64,000 nt of DNA from an uncultured Chitinophaga sp. (GCA_964576375.1 CAZNUR010000003.1:3532-67531); one strand, 5' to 3'; shown: positions 49,941-60,250, counted from the stretch's first letter. Program-made: numbers and translations. The notes: generated by a model not told the origin, from the letters alone.

Positions 49941-49972
49941 CAAAGGTAAGAGAGAAGTCCGTACCAACCAAA
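49941..49972 (-). promoter_or_regulatory. Complete Bacteroidota sigma-A promoter for the S10 operon
   Basis: TTTG (49972-49969), 20-nt spacer, TACCTTTG (49948-49941). Confidence 0.8.
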
Positions 49973-50110
49973 TAGTTATAGGCTATTTTTTAGGACAAGT
50001 TCTTATTTATTTCATTCCGCACCTTCATTTTTATATCTGCCTGAAATACAATTGATTACAATAAATAATACAAAGACGCCAAAAAGAGGTAGAATCAGCC
50101 CCAACAGCAC

Positions 50111-50142
50111 AAAAAAAGACCGCCTTTTTCAAAGCGGTCTTT
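50111..50142 (-). terminator. Intrinsic terminator of fusA
   Basis: Stem AAAGACCGC/GCGGTCTTT followed by a T run on the minus strand. Confidence 0.85.
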
Positions 50143-50163
50143 GGAATATCAGTGTTGAGGGGA

Positions 50164-52308
50164 TTAGGCCGTTGCCTTCCCTTTTACTTTAGCAATCACT
50201 TCCTCAGCAATATTGTTAGGTGCTGGGGAATAGTGAGAAAACTCCATGGTGGATGAAGCACGTCCGGAAGAAAGCGAACGAAGCTGTGTCACATAACCGA
50301 ACATTTCGCTCAATGGAACTTTTGCCTTGATCACCTGTGCACCGGCACGACTATCCATACCCTCCATCATACCACGACGGCGGTTCAAGTCCCCGGTAAC
50401 ATCTCCCATGTATTGATCAGGAGTAACTACCTCCACCTTCATTATTGGCTCAAGAAGTACGGGCTTAGCTTTTCTGGCTGCCTCGCGGAAACCTTGCTTA
50501 GCGCACAATTCAAAGGACATAGAGTCAGAATCCACCGCATGGAAACTTCCGTCGTACACACGGATTTTCATGTTCGCAACAGGGTAACTAGCAAGTACCC
50601 CAGTTGTCATAGACTGCTCAAAGCCTTTTTGAATGGCCGGTACAAATTCACGAGGGATAGAACCTCCAAAAATATCATTGACAAATTGGTAATTCTTATC
50701 AGGATTTTCAGCTTGCCATTCTGGATCAACAGGCCCGATACTGAAAATGATATCTGCGAACTTACCACGACCACCCGTTTGCTTTTTCAACGTTTCGCGA
50801 TGTTCAACAGTAGAAGTAAAGGCTTCCTTGTATGCAACCTGCGGAGCACCTTGGTTTACTTCAACCTTGAATTCACGACGCATACGATCGATGATGATCT
50901 CCAGGTGTAATTCACCCATTCCACGAAGGATGGTTTGCCCTGTTTCTTCGTCTGTGTTTACGCGAAGCGTTGGATCTTCTTCAACAAGTTTGGCGATAGC
51001 CATACCCATTTTATCAACGTCAGCCTGTGTTTTAGGTTCAACAGCAATTGCAATTACCGGCTCAGGGATAAACATGTTCTCCAATGTGATTGGATGATTT
51101 TCATCACAGAGTGTATCTCCGGTTTTGATCTCCTTGAAACCAACCGCTGCACCGATATCACCCGCCTCAATAAAATCAATTGGATTTTGCTTGTTGGCAA
51201 ACATCTTCATGATTCGGCTGATGCGCTCCTTTTTACCACTGCGCACATTGAGCACATAAGAACCGGCATCTAAACGTCCAGAGTATGCACGGAAAAACGC
51301 CAAACGACCTACAAATGGATCGGTCATGATCTTGAAAGCAAGTGCTGCAAATGGTTCTTTAGGATCAGCCTTACGAACTAATTCCTCACCCGTATCAGGA
51401 TGTGTTCCTTTTGTGTCAGGAATATCAATTGGTGAAGGCAGGTAACGACACACTGCATCTAATGCTGTCTGCACTCCTTTGTTTTTGAATGACGAACCGC
51501 ACATCATAGGAACAATGGAAAGGTCAATCGTTGCTTTGCGGATTGCTTCATGAATTTCCGCCTCAGAGATACTGTTAGGATCTTCGAAGAATTTTTCCAT
51601 CAGCGTATCATCATATTCAGCAACTGCTTCAACCAGGTTAGCTCTCCATTCTTTTGCTTCCTCGACCATATCAGCAGGTACATCAATCTCATCAAAAGTC
51701 ATTCCTTCTGTTTCTGCGTGCCAGATAATTCCTTTCATCTTGATAAGGTCAACCACACCCTTGAAATTATCTTCTGCACCGATGGGTAACTGAAGGGGAA
51801 CTGCCTTAGAGCCCAACATTTCACGAACCTGTTTAACCACATTCAGGAAGTCTGCTCCCGCGCGGTCCATTTTGTTTACAAACCCAATTCGAGGTACACC
51901 ATAACGGTTGGCCTGACGCCATACAGTCTCAGACTGAGGCTCCACGCCGTCAACTGCAGAAAAAAGGGCAATCAATCCATCCAGTACGCGCATGGAACGC
52001 TCTACCTCAACAGTAAAGTCCACGTGGCCAGGAGTATCGATAATATTGAAATAGTAAGGCTTGGTGTCAGCAGTATTCTTTCCCTTTTCAGTAGGGAAAT
52101 TCCATTTACAACTTACAGCCGCAGAGGTAATAGTAATTCCTCTTTCTTTTTCCTGCTCCATCCAGTCAGTGGTAGCGGCACCTTCGTGCACCTCCCCGAT
52201 TCTATGGATCATACCAGTGTAGCGGAGGATACGCTCCGTAGTAGTTGTTTTACCGGCATCGATGTGAGCAGCAATACCGAAATTTCTTTGAAACTTTAAA
52301 TCTGCCAT
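50164..52308 (-). CDS. fusA: Elongation factor G
   Basis: [34 protein letters not shown]. Confidence 0.99.
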   Translation of the reverse strand: MADLKFQRNFGIAAHIDAGKTTTTERILRYTGMIHRIGEVHEGAATTDWMEQEKERGITITSAAVSCKWNFPTEKGKNTADTKPYYFNIIDTPGHVDFTVEVERSMRVLDGLIALFSAVDGVEPQSETVWRQANRYGVPRIGFVNKMDRAGADFLNVVKQVREMLGSKAVPLQLPIGAEDNFKGVVDLIKMKGIIWHAETEGMTFDEIDVPADMVEEAKEWRANLVEAVAEYDDTLMEKFFEDPNSISEAEIHEAIRKATIDLSIVPMMCGSSFKNKGVQTALDAVCRYLPSPIDIPDTKGTHPDTGEELVRKADPKEPFAALAFKIMTDPFVGRLAFFRAYSGRLDAGSYVLNVRSGKKERISRIMKMFANKQNPIDFIEAGDIGAAVGFKEIKTGDTLCDENHPITLENMFIPEPVIAIAVEPKTQADVDKMGMAIAKLVEEDPTLRVNTDEETGQTILRGMGELHLEIIIDRMRREFKVEVNQGAPQVAYKEAFTSTVEHRETLKKQTGGRGKFADIIFSIGPVDPEWQAENPDKNYQFVNDIFGGSIPREFVPAIQKGFEQSMTTGVLASYPVANMKIRVYDGSFHAVDSDSMSFELCAKQGFREAARKAKPVLLEPIMKVEVVTPDQYMGDVTGDLNRRRGMMEGMDSRAGAQVIKAKVPLSEMFGYVTQLRSLSSGRASSTMEFSHYSPAPNNIAEEVIAKVKGKATA

Positions 52309-52333
52309 GGCAAATAGGTTGAATTTGAGGCCG

Positions 52334-52341
52334 CAAAGGTA
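52334..52341 (-). promoter_or_regulatory. -7 box (TACCTTTG) for fusA
   Basis: Exact TAnnTTTG 25 nt upstream of the ATG. Confidence 0.7.
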
Positions 52342-52354
52342 GGGGAAAAAGCAT

Positions 52355-52385
52355 AAAAAAAGCCCCGTAATATTACGGGGCTTTT
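52355..52385 (-). terminator. Intrinsic terminator upstream of fusA
   Basis: Perfect palindrome AAAAGCCCCGTAATATTACGGGGCTTTT with a T run on the minus strand. Confidence 0.85.
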
Positions 52386-52417
52386 AAACTTATTGGAAGG
52401 TAATTCCTTGGGCTAAA

Positions 52418-53002
52418 TTACTTTTTGGTCAAAGGAGTAGCAATTCCGATTGCATGCTGGAAATGATAGTTAGCAGTCTCATTTGTGACAGGCACTCTGT
52501 ATGTGGATGTAACAAACAAGTTGGAATCGTCAAACAGATTGAGCTTCAGACCCAAACCAGCAGGAATGAAGGCCCCAAAATGTTGTTGAAACTTATGACC
52601 ACCCACACCTAAAACTAAGTAAGGCTGCACCTTATATTCATCAGTAGTCATCATCATATTCATAGTAGCGCTAAACTCAATTAACAATCCACGGTTAGCA
52701 ATATTTCTACCGGGCATTGGATAGCGAAGTCCAGAGAAACCAAGGGAAGCAGCCATGTTGAGCTTAGGTCCCATTGATTTGAAATAATTGACAGCAATAC
52801 CGGCATTCATTTCACCAATTTCTGCAAAAGACTTGTCATTCACAACCGTATTCAAAGAAGTAGTGCGAATACGCTGAGCTGTTGTAAAGTCATTGAGAAA
52901 AAAGCTAAATCCAATGGAGCGGGTAGCCTGTCCGTTATCCTGCGCACTTAAGGATCCGATCGATAAAAGGCAGATCAACGAAAAAAACAAAATCTTCTTC
53001 AT
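52418..53002 (-). CDS. Small outer-membrane beta-barrel protein (OmpA-N-like; likely start 53002, MKKIL)
   Basis: Signal peptide ending LSA-Q, alternating amphipathic strands, VQPYLVLGVG and IPAGLGLK; TAAATTTG box at 53028-53035. Confidence 0.7.
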   Translation of the reverse strand: MKKILFFSLICLLSIGSLSAQDNGQATRSIGFSFFLNDFTTAQRIRTTSLNTVVNDKSFAEIGEMNAGIAVNYFKSMGPKLNMAASLGFSGLRYPMPGRNIANRGLLIEFSATMNMMMTTDEYKVQPYLVLGVGGHKFQQHFGAFIPAGLGLKLNLFDDSNLFVTSTYRVPVTNETANYHFQHAIGIATPLTKK

Positions 53003-53110
53003 AAAAGATAGTTTGGTTTGCACCCGGCAAATTTAACGGGTATCTGTCAGATACTAAAATTAAAATATTTTTGAAAATCACCGATATCTTTTTGAATTTC
53101 AATACCTGTT

Positions 53111-53827
53111 ATGAATCTACAGGGTCATTTATGCCTGCTTGTGTTGCTGGTAGCGCCAAATCTTGCCAATATCCATGCGCAATCAACAGATCAGGGTGCC
53201 CTTATAGTGCAAAACAAGACTGCCTATAAAAGAGATGTAAAGGCAAACCCCTCTAAGCGGATGGTTGAATTGAACTCCTTGATCCCATCGCTGGTGGTAG
53301 ACTTGAAGTATGCAACACCGACCAATTTCACAGGTAAAAGGATGTATCCATCCAGGACCAAGGTTTGTTATCTACGTCAACAAGCGGCTTTAGCCCTTGT
53401 TGCTGTAAGCGATTCCCTCTCAAAACGAGGATTTCAATTAAAAGTTTTTGATGCCTACCGACCCTATTCCGTAACAGTCCGTTTCTGGAATTTGATTAAG
53501 GACGAACGCTATGTAGCAAACCCAAGCAAGGGCAGCGGACATAATCGTGGAATAGCCATTGATCTGACTTTAATTGAGAAGAGTACAGGAGCAGAGGTTG
53601 ACATGGGCACAGGTTTTGACGACTTCACCTTGGCAGCGCATCATGATTACCCAATGTTGAAAACATCAGCATTGGAGAATAGAAAAATACTAAGGGGAGT
53701 CATGGAGTACTTTGGGTTTAAATCCTTGGAAACCGAGTGGTGGCATTACAGCTTACCCAATCCGCAACATTACGGCGTACTCAACCTATCTTTTAAAGAA
53801 TTAGCTGCTACCGGAGTTAAATTTTAG
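53111..53827 (+). CDS. M15D D-Ala-D-Ala dipeptidase (DdpX/VanX family), exported
   Basis: DLKYAT, FDAYRP, SGHNRGIAIDL, DMGTGFDDF, EWWHY. Confidence 0.93.
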   Translation: MNLQGHLCLLVLLVAPNLANIHAQSTDQGALIVQNKTAYKRDVKANPSKRMVELNSLIPSLVVDLKYATPTNFTGKRMYPSRTKVCYLRQQAALALVAVSDSLSKRGFQLKVFDAYRPYSVTVRFWNLIKDERYVANPSKGSGHNRGIAIDLTLIEKSTGAEVDMGTGFDDFTLAAHHDYPMLKTSALENRKILRGVMEYFGFKSLETEWWHYSLPNPQHYGVLNLSFKELAATGVKF

Positions 53828-54812
53828 TACGACTAATCTTTTGCTCTAACATAAGAAAATCAGCAAGTACAATTGCCGTGACCGCTTCTACCACAACAGG
53901 AACACGAAGCGCAATACAAAGATCGTGACGTCCCTTAACAGCAAAAACTTCTTGTTCGCCCGTTGTGGTATTTAAACTCTTTTGCTGCTGCGGGGTAGAC
54001 GAAGTGGGTTTAATAGCTACCCGGAACTTAAGTTCGTTTCCATTGGTAAGCCCACCTACCACTCCACCTGCATGATTGGTTGCAGTGGTCCCATCAGTTG
54101 CCACAATACTATCATTGTGTTCGCTTCCATACATACGCGCTGCAGCAAAACCAGTTCCAAATTCAATACCCCGTACTGCTGGTATAGAAAAAACAGCATG
54201 AGCCAATGAGGACTCAACGGAATCAAAAAAGGGTTCGCCCAAACCAATGGGTAATCCATTTACAACACATTCGATTATTCCACCTACACTGTCTTGTTGA
54301 GCAATTGCTTTTTCAATTCCTTTTTCAATGGACGTCTCCCCTCCAACTTCTTGGATGGTGGCTGTAATTACAATGGATCCAACTAGTTGTTTTGCTACCA
54401 CACCCGCAGCCACTAAACATGCCGTTAATCTGCCACTAAAATGTCCCCCTCCCCTATAATCTTCATGCCCGCCAAATTTTTGATGTGCTACAAAATCCGC
54501 ATGCCCCGGACGTGGGATTTCTCTGATTTTTTCATAATCAGCGCTACGCGTGTTTTTATTTTCAAACTGAATAACAAGTGGAGCACCGGTTGTTTTGCCA
54601 GCAAATACGCCTGTTTTAAGCAAGGGTATATCATCTTCGGCCCGGGGAGTAGTTCCTTTTTGCATGCCTCCCCTTCTACGCATCAAATCCTCTTGAAAAA
54701 GTTCGGGACTCAATGGAACACCTGCAGGACATCCATCAATCAATATTCCTACAACCTCGCCGTGCGACTCACCAAAAATTTGAACACGAAATATTCTTCC
54801 AAATGAATTCAA
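53817..54812 (-). CDS. aroC: Chorismate synthase (likely TTG start at 54812, MNSFG)
   Basis: GESHG, RPGHAD, RGGGHFSGR, KPTSS, GRHD. Confidence 0.96.
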   Translation of the reverse strand: MNSFGRIFRVQIFGESHGEVVGILIDGCPAGVPLSPELFQEDLMRRRGGMQKGTTPRAEDDIPLLKTGVFAGKTTGAPLVIQFENKNTRSADYEKIREIPRPGHADFVAHQKFGGHEDYRGGGHFSGRLTACLVAAGVVAKQLVGSIVITATIQEVGGETSIEKGIEKAIAQQDSVGGIIECVVNGLPIGLGEPFFDSVESSLAHAVFSIPAVRGIEFGTGFAAARMYGSEHNDSIVATDGTTATNHAGGVVGGLTNGNELKFRVAIKPTSSTPQQQKSLNTTTGEQEVFAVKGRHDLCIALRVPVVVEAVTAIVLADFLMLEQKISRTKI

Positions 54813-54822
54813 AATCTCAGCT

Positions 54823-56109
54823 TTAGTGTGAGTATAAAGATACGGAGGCGCCGAGACTTTGCAGATGTAAGTAAAATGTAGGATAGGATTTACCGACCGC
54901 CTCGGCATTTTCAATCACTACCGGATTCATAGATCGCAACCCTGCCACAGCTAGTGCCATGGCTATACGATGATCATGATGAGATGATACATGTCCTCCT
55001 AAAAGTTGATCTTGCCCATTGATTACTAAATAATCATTTTCAATTTCTAGCGCGGCTCCCAGTTTAGAGAACTCTTGCACCAATGCTACTCCACGATTAC
55101 TCTCTTTATGTGTTAATCGATTCACTCCTTTTATCCGACTGGTACCCGCTGCAAAAACAGCCAGTGCGGTCAGCGGAGGAAACAGATCAGGACAATCTGT
55201 TGCATCAAACTCAAAAGCCTTTACGGCAGACTGCTTTATCAATAAAGAATTATCAAATAGAGTCATGTTAATCTCAGCAAGCCTGGCCAAGGATAGAATT
55301 TGTCGATCGGCTTGAAAAGAGGTTGGGTTAATTCCCTCGATAGTAACCTCGCCAGTTAATGCGGCGGCAACTAAAAGGAAAGCAGCCCCACTCCAGTCAC
55401 CCTCAATTTGATACGATCTTGCAGCAGGTTTGACCCTGGATTCATTCTTTTTAAATGTAAATGTTTGGTAGTTATAGTTATGAGGAACAGGTAATCCAAA
55501 CTGTTCCATAACAGATAAAGTCAGATCAATATAAGGTCGGCTCACCAACCCATTTACATGAATCGAAGCATTCGTTGAACCTGCACCGGCATAGGCCATT
55601 AATAAACCAGTCAAGAATTGCGAACTGAGTGAACCATCGACAGTAATTGTTTTGGGAACAAGCGGGCCTTTCAAGTTGATGGGAAGAAATCCATGATCGC
55701 TGCTGATCGCTACATCCAGTTGAGGAAGCACTTCCTCAAAAAAGTGCTGCGGCCTCTTCAACAGACTGCCTCGACCATTCACCTTTATAGAGGTAGAAGC
55801 CAAGGCTGCAATCGGTACAAACATTCGCAAACTCAATCCTGATTCACCACAATGAATACGAATGGGCGTATCGAACTTGATACCTTGGCTGGATACCAAA
55901 AGCGATCCATCCTCCATTTTTTTTATAGAAGCCCCCAATGACTCTATCACTGTAATTGCAGCCTGATCATCCTCAGCAGTACCGGGATCAAGCAAATAAC
56001 TATCCCCCTGCGCTAATAATGCTGCTGCACAAGCCCGCTGCATGACACTTTTGGAACGAGGTGCTTTAACCGACCCCCGAAGTACGGAAGAGGAGATAGT
56101 AGCAATCAA
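54823..56109 (-). CDS. aroA: EPSP synthase (TTG start)
   Basis: SKS..QR, CGESG, SSQF, KESNR, DHRIAM. Confidence 0.96.
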   Translation of the reverse strand: MIATISSSVLRGSVKAPRSKSVMQRACAAALLAQGDSYLLDPGTAEDDQAAITVIESLGASIKKMEDGSLLVSSQGIKFDTPIRIHCGESGLSLRMFVPIAALASTSIKVNGRGSLLKRPQHFFEEVLPQLDVAISSDHGFLPINLKGPLVPKTITVDGSLSSQFLTGLLMAYAGAGSTNASIHVNGLVSRPYIDLTLSVMEQFGLPVPHNYNYQTFTFKKNESRVKPAARSYQIEGDWSGAAFLLVAAALTGEVTIEGINPTSFQADRQILSLARLAEINMTLFDNSLLIKQSAVKAFEFDATDCPDLFPPLTALAVFAAGTSRIKGVNRLTHKESNRGVALVQEFSKLGAALEIENDYLVINGQDQLLGGHVSSHHDHRIAMALAVAGLRSMNPVVIENAEAVGKSYPTFYLHLQSLGASVSLYSH

Positions 56110-57128
56110 GACAATCGATTTAGCATGTTCTTCACAGTTGAAAAAGTCAACAATTGTGGACGCGCTTTACCAATCTGTTCCAATAAAATATAACGTACCT
56201 TTTTCCCTGTCTTTTTCTTGTCCATTTCCATCACGCGCATCAATTTGGAAAAGTCATAGTTAGCCGCTGTGGGCAAACCATATTGCGCCAATAAATGTTG
56301 TAATCGAGTGAAATCTGTAAACCCATTTATTTTAAATGAAAGTTTTGCTGCTGCAACCATGCCTAATGAAATAGCCTCACCATGAGAAACTTCATATACC
56401 ATTTCGATCGCATGACCAAGCGTATGCCCAAAATTCAACACACTACGTAGATCCTGCTCTGTTTCATCTTTTTGGACAACAGTTAATTTAAGCAAGACGT
56501 TTTTTTCAATCAGACTCTCTATTGCTCGTTTATTTTTTTGATAATAAGACAAACTGTTTTTCTCAAGTTCACGAAACAAGAATGGCTTGAAACAAACAGC
56601 ATGCTTAATAATCTCAGCAAAACCATTTTTCCATTCCTTCTCAGGAAGTGTTTTTAAAAATTGCGTGTCATATAATAGAAAAGAGGGCTGTCTGATGGTC
56701 CCCACTAAATTTTTATAGTTGCCATGATCAATTCCATTTTTTCCTCCTACTGCAGCATCCACCATGGCCAGTAACGTAGTGGGTACTAATCCCACCTTGA
56801 TCCCTCGCATGTAGATGGCGCCAATATAACCGGTAAGGTCTGTTATAACTCCTCCCCCCACACCGATCAACCAAGTTTGGCGATCAGCATTAAGATTAGT
56901 CAACTGTTCGATGACGGCGTCAACAGTTGGCTGGATTTTATAAGACTCACCTGCCTTTAATACAATCGTATTCCAACCTTTAAATAACGAAGCGTGAGAC
57001 TTATATACATGTTGGTCCGTTAGTAAAACAGCGCGATCAATCGGAACCAATTTCTTTAATAAGGAAAAGCGGGAAGAAAAATAACAAGTGGTTTCAGCAG
57101 CAGCAATTCGGAATTTCTTTTGTTTCAT
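56106..57128 (-). CDS. aroB: 3-dehydroquinate synthase (likely start 57128)
   Basis: GGGVITD, PTTLLAMVDAAVGGKNG, LNFGHT, HGEA. Confidence 0.96.
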   Translation of the reverse strand: MKQKKFRIAAAETTCYFSSRFSLLKKLVPIDRAVLLTDQHVYKSHASLFKGWNTIVLKAGESYKIQPTVDAVIEQLTNLNADRQTWLIGVGGGVITDLTGYIGAIYMRGIKVGLVPTTLLAMVDAAVGGKNGIDHGNYKNLVGTIRQPSFLLYDTQFLKTLPEKEWKNGFAEIIKHAVCFKPFLFRELEKNSLSYYQKNKRAIESLIEKNVLLKLTVVQKDETEQDLRSVLNFGHTLGHAIEMVYEVSHGEAISLGMVAAAKLSFKINGFTDFTRLQHLLAQYGLPTAANYDFSKLMRVMEMDKKKTGKKVRYILLEQIGKARPQLLTFSTVKNMLNRLS

Positions 57129-57132
57129 CAGC

Positions 57133-58215
57133 TTACTTTTTTGCAGCATCTAATATGCGCTTTTGATGAGCAATACTTTCCATATGAATTGCATCAAGAA
57201 ATTGTGTGAGAAATTCCTGACTCAAGCCCAACTCCTCAGATTTTAATAATACACGACGTGTAATTTCCTGCCAACGACCAGGCTGCAGGATTGTAATTTG
57301 ATTTTCCTTTTTATACTGTGCAATTTTCTCAGCCACCTTCATCCGACGAGATAAAAGCTGCAATAATTCTTCGTCATATTGGTTAATCTCCTGGCGCAAA
57401 GTATCGAGTGCTGCTTGGTAGTCAGGTGAATTAACATCTTCTTTTCGCCAGATGATCTGCTCGAGTATAGCTAACAACGCTGTTGGCGTTACCTGCTGAG
57501 CTGCATCACTCCAGGCATTGGCAGGATCACGATGACTTTCAATCATCAAACCATCACTATCTAAATCAATAGCTCGTTGAATTACCTCAGGTATAATATC
57601 ACGTCTTCCACAAATGTGTGAGGGATCGGTGATAAAGAGTAATGAAGGATGCCTGAGTTTCATCTCCACGGCCAAATGCCAAAGTGGTGCATTTCTATAT
57701 CCTGTTTCTCCAAAAGTGCTGAAACCGCGGTGTATCAAACCAATTGTAGAAATTCCTGCACGACTGATTCGTTCAACCGCTCCACTCCATAACTCCAAAT
57801 CAGGGTTAATTGGATTTTTTATTAGCACAGGGATATCCACTCCTCGTAAAGCATCCGCCACCTCTTGTACGCTAAAGGGGTTTACAGTGGTTCTAGCTCC
57901 TATCCAAAGAATAGAAACTTGAAAACGGAGCGCTTCCTCTACTTGCTTAGCAGTAGCTACCTCCACAGTGGTAGGCAATCCAGTAAGTGTAGAAGCCTCC
58001 TGTAACCAAGGAAGGCCTTTACTACCTACCCCTTCAAACATTCCTGGCTTAGTGCGTGGTTTCCAGATGCCTGCCCGTAAAATATCTACCCGACCGGTTC
58101 CCTTTAATTGGACGGCAGTATCCAATAACTGTTCTCTTGTTTCAGCACTGCATGGGCCACTAATTATAAGCGGCTTCTTCGAAAGAATATTTTCAAGATT
58201 GAAATTCGGATTCAT
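57133..58215 (-). CDS. Bifunctional DAHP synthase (type I-beta) / chorismate mutase
   Basis: GPCSAE, WKPRT, IGART, DPSH, C-terminal CM2 domain (LRQEINQYD...RMKVA). Confidence 0.93.
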   Translation of the reverse strand: MNPNFNLENILSKKPLIISGPCSAETREQLLDTAVQLKGTGRVDILRAGIWKPRTKPGMFEGVGSKGLPWLQEASTLTGLPTTVEVATAKQVEEALRFQVSILWIGARTTVNPFSVQEVADALRGVDIPVLIKNPINPDLELWSGAVERISRAGISTIGLIHRGFSTFGETGYRNAPLWHLAVEMKLRHPSLLFITDPSHICGRRDIIPEVIQRAIDLDSDGLMIESHRDPANAWSDAAQQVTPTALLAILEQIIWRKEDVNSPDYQAALDTLRQEINQYDEELLQLLSRRMKVAEKIAQYKKENQITILQPGRWQEITRRVLLKSEELGLSQEFLTQFLDAIHMESIAHQKRILDAAKK

Positions 58216-58266
58216 CTTTACAATAGACAGGTGGTAAAGATAGAATTATAAAATGAGTCAATATGG

Positions 58267-59934
58267 TTATTGCCCCTGTCGGGAATTTCCTCCGCGACCA
58301 CCAGAATTAGCATCATTCATTCTAATGCGGCGTCCCTTGAAATTTTTTCCATCAATAGCCTTAATAAACTTTCCAGCTACCCTGGAATCCACCTCAACCC
58401 AACTATTCATCTCGCGTAAATCAATTTTTCCCAAAACATCTTTTCTTTGTTCGCTCATATCCAAAAGAAACTGTAAAAAGCTGGCTTTATAAAAACCGTC
58501 TTTTGTTCCCAGGTTGATAAACAACCGTTGGTAAGAAGCGTCGCCTTGTGGCACCGAACCTTGTTCCTGCTTCCTTTTCTTTCCTACTCTAGCATCCGTA
58601 GATTGCTGTCTAAGGTTCAGATCAGCTGCATTCTCGTAATACCGTAAAAAGCGATCAAACTCCAAGGCAGCCACGCGCTGTAAAATTTCCTCTTTACTAA
58701 CCGCTGAAAATTTTTCAGCGAGCATAGGAATATAGGTTTCGTACTCCCCATGACTGATATCTGCTTTTAACAACCTGTCGGTGAAATGGAAAAACTGTTT
58801 TCTACAAACGTCTTTTCCACTAGGAATATCCATGCGATGAAAACGCGTCTGGATCAATTTTTCTATCTGCTTCAACCGGTAGGCTTCACGGGGTGTCACA
58901 ATGGAGACGCATAAACCACTCTTGCCAGCTCGTCCTGTTCTACCGCTACGATGCGTATAAACTTCTGTATCGTCAGGCAATTCGTAATTAATAACGTGCG
59001 TGATACCCTGCACATCAATACCTCTTGCAGCAACATCTGTGGCAACTAGCAATCGAATATTTCGCGTTCTAAATGCACCCATCACACGGTCACGCTGTGC
59101 TTGGGTTAGATCCCCATGGATAGCATCTATGTCATAGCCCTCGCGGGTGAGTTTTTCTGCAATTTCCTGTGCATCTGCTTTGGTGCGAGCAAAGACAATT
59201 CCAAAAATATCAGGGTTAAAATCAATGATCCGCTTCAAGACCTCATAGCGGTAAGGGTGCTGACACTGATAATACTGGTGATCAATATTTACGTTTGCGG
59301 CGTTCATTTTACCGATAGTTACTTCGGTAGGCTCATGCATGTAACGCTTGCTAACTTGTCTGATTTCAGTAGGCATAGTTGCACTGAATAACCAGGTGCT
59401 TTCCCTTTTTGGTGTATTCTGAAGGATAAACTCGATATCTTCCTGAAATCCCATGTTGAGCATTTCGTCAGCCTCATCCAATACCACATACTCTATTTGA
59501 TCGAGCCGAATAGCTTTTCTTTCTATCAAATCAATCAGCCGACCAGGGGTAGCCACGACCACGTGGGTACCTCGCTTAAGGTCCTTCACCTGTGCCCCAA
59601 TAGAGGCTCCTCCGTATACAGGGGTTACCAGCACCTGCCCGGTAATGCCTTGAAATTTTTTAATATCTGAGGTAATCTGAAGACATAGCTCACGAGTGGG
59701 GCAAATTACCAATGCCTGCGGATTTGTTCGTGACCTGTCCAACAAATCAAGTAATGGAAGTCCAAAGGCAGCCGTTTTACCGGTACCTGTTTGTGCTAAA
59801 CCAATAAAATCACGTGTTCCTTGTAAAAGAATGGGAATTGCCTTTTGCTGTATGGGCGTGGGTTCTGTAAACCCAAGTTTCTGAATAGACTGCAAAAGGG
59901 GGGCGCTCAGTCCTAGCGCTTGAAAAGTGTGCAT
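58267..59934 (-). CDS. DEAD-box RNA helicase, CsdA/DeaD-like with DbpA RNA-binding domain (likely start 59934)
   Basis: AQTGTGKT, PTREL, DEAD, SAT, HRSGRTGR, RLFINLG. Confidence 0.95.
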   Translation of the reverse strand: MHTFQALGLSAPLLQSIQKLGFTEPTPIQQKAIPILLQGTRDFIGLAQTGTGKTAAFGLPLLDLLDRSRTNPQALVICPTRELCLQITSDIKKFQGITGQVLVTPVYGGASIGAQVKDLKRGTHVVVATPGRLIDLIERKAIRLDQIEYVVLDEADEMLNMGFQEDIEFILQNTPKRESTWLFSATMPTEIRQVSKRYMHEPTEVTIGKMNAANVNIDHQYYQCQHPYRYEVLKRIIDFNPDIFGIVFARTKADAQEIAEKLTREGYDIDAIHGDLTQAQRDRVMGAFRTRNIRLLVATDVAARGIDVQGITHVINYELPDDTEVYTHRSGRTGRAGKSGLCVSIVTPREAYRLKQIEKLIQTRFHRMDIPSGKDVCRKQFFHFTDRLLKADISHGEYETYIPMLAEKFSAVSKEEILQRVAALEFDRFLRYYENAADLNLRQQSTDARVGKKRKQEQGSVPQGDASYQRLFINLGTKDGFYKASFLQFLLDMSEQRKDVLGKIDLREMNSWVEVDSRVAGKFIKAIDGKNFKGRRIRMNDANSGGRGGNSRQGQ

Positions 59935-59949
59935 GGATAAATTTGAATG

Positions 59950-59979
59950 AAAAAAGAAAGCCGTTCCCGGGGGAACGGC
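59950..59979 (-). terminator. Intrinsic terminator after the small lipoprotein gene
   Basis: Minus strand GCCGTTCC-CCCG-GGAACGGC followed by TTTCTTTTTT. Confidence 0.85.
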
Positions 59980-60003
59980 CTTCGGCAATTACTTGCACTT
60001 GAA

Positions 60004-60183
60004 TTACTTAGCTGTTGTGTCAGCAGCAGGAGCTGTTGTGTCAGCAGCAGCAGTTGTGTCAACTACAGCAGCAGTTGTGTCAACAGTTGCAGCAGTTGTG
60101 TCAGCAGCAGGAGTAGCTTCTCCACCACCATTACATGCTACCAAAGTAGCAGCGATGAAGGCAATTGCAAAAAACTTTTTCAT
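60004..60183 (-). CDS. Small Ala/Thr/Asp-repeat lipoprotein, 59 aa (absent from the ORF track)
   Basis: Translates as MKKFFAIAFIAATLVAC-NGGGEATPAADTTAATVDTTAAVVDTTAAADTTAPAADTTAK; lipobox LVAC, A-rich leader, own terminator. Confidence 0.9.
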   Translation of the reverse strand: MKKFFAIAFIAATLVACNGGGEATPAADTTAATVDTTAAVVDTTAAADTTAPAADTTAK

Positions 60184-60224
60184 TGCTTTTGTTTTTTTTG
60201 TTTTGTGAAATATTTCGCGAATTT

Positions 60225-60250
60225 ATACCCTTTTTTGCAAAAGGTAACCC
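60225..60250 (-). promoter_or_regulatory. Candidate ECF sigma promoter GGGTTAC-N15-GTAT facing the lipoprotein gene
   Basis: Minus strand GGGTTAC cttttgcaaaaaagg GTAT; same motif and spacing as the copy on the plus strand. Confidence 0.6.

Noticed and set aside
53111-53827. VanX-type vancomycin resistance gene
   Set aside because: No van cluster; exported M15D dipeptidases are ordinary cell-wall enzymes in Bacteroidota
5494-59988. Long N-terminal extensions in the ORF track (lolA, ftsK, FKBP, folA, SDR, secY, rplC, rpsJ, aroC, helicase)
   Set aside because: Artefacts of longest-ORF calling; they overlap neighbouring genes, promoters or terminators, and homologue-like starts lie downstream
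60010-60110. Tandem GCAGCAGTTGTGTC-like repeats resembling a mini CRISPR or VNTR
   Set aside because: The period is a multiple of 3 with no unique spacers and no cas genes; it is the coding repeat of the minus-strand lipoprotein
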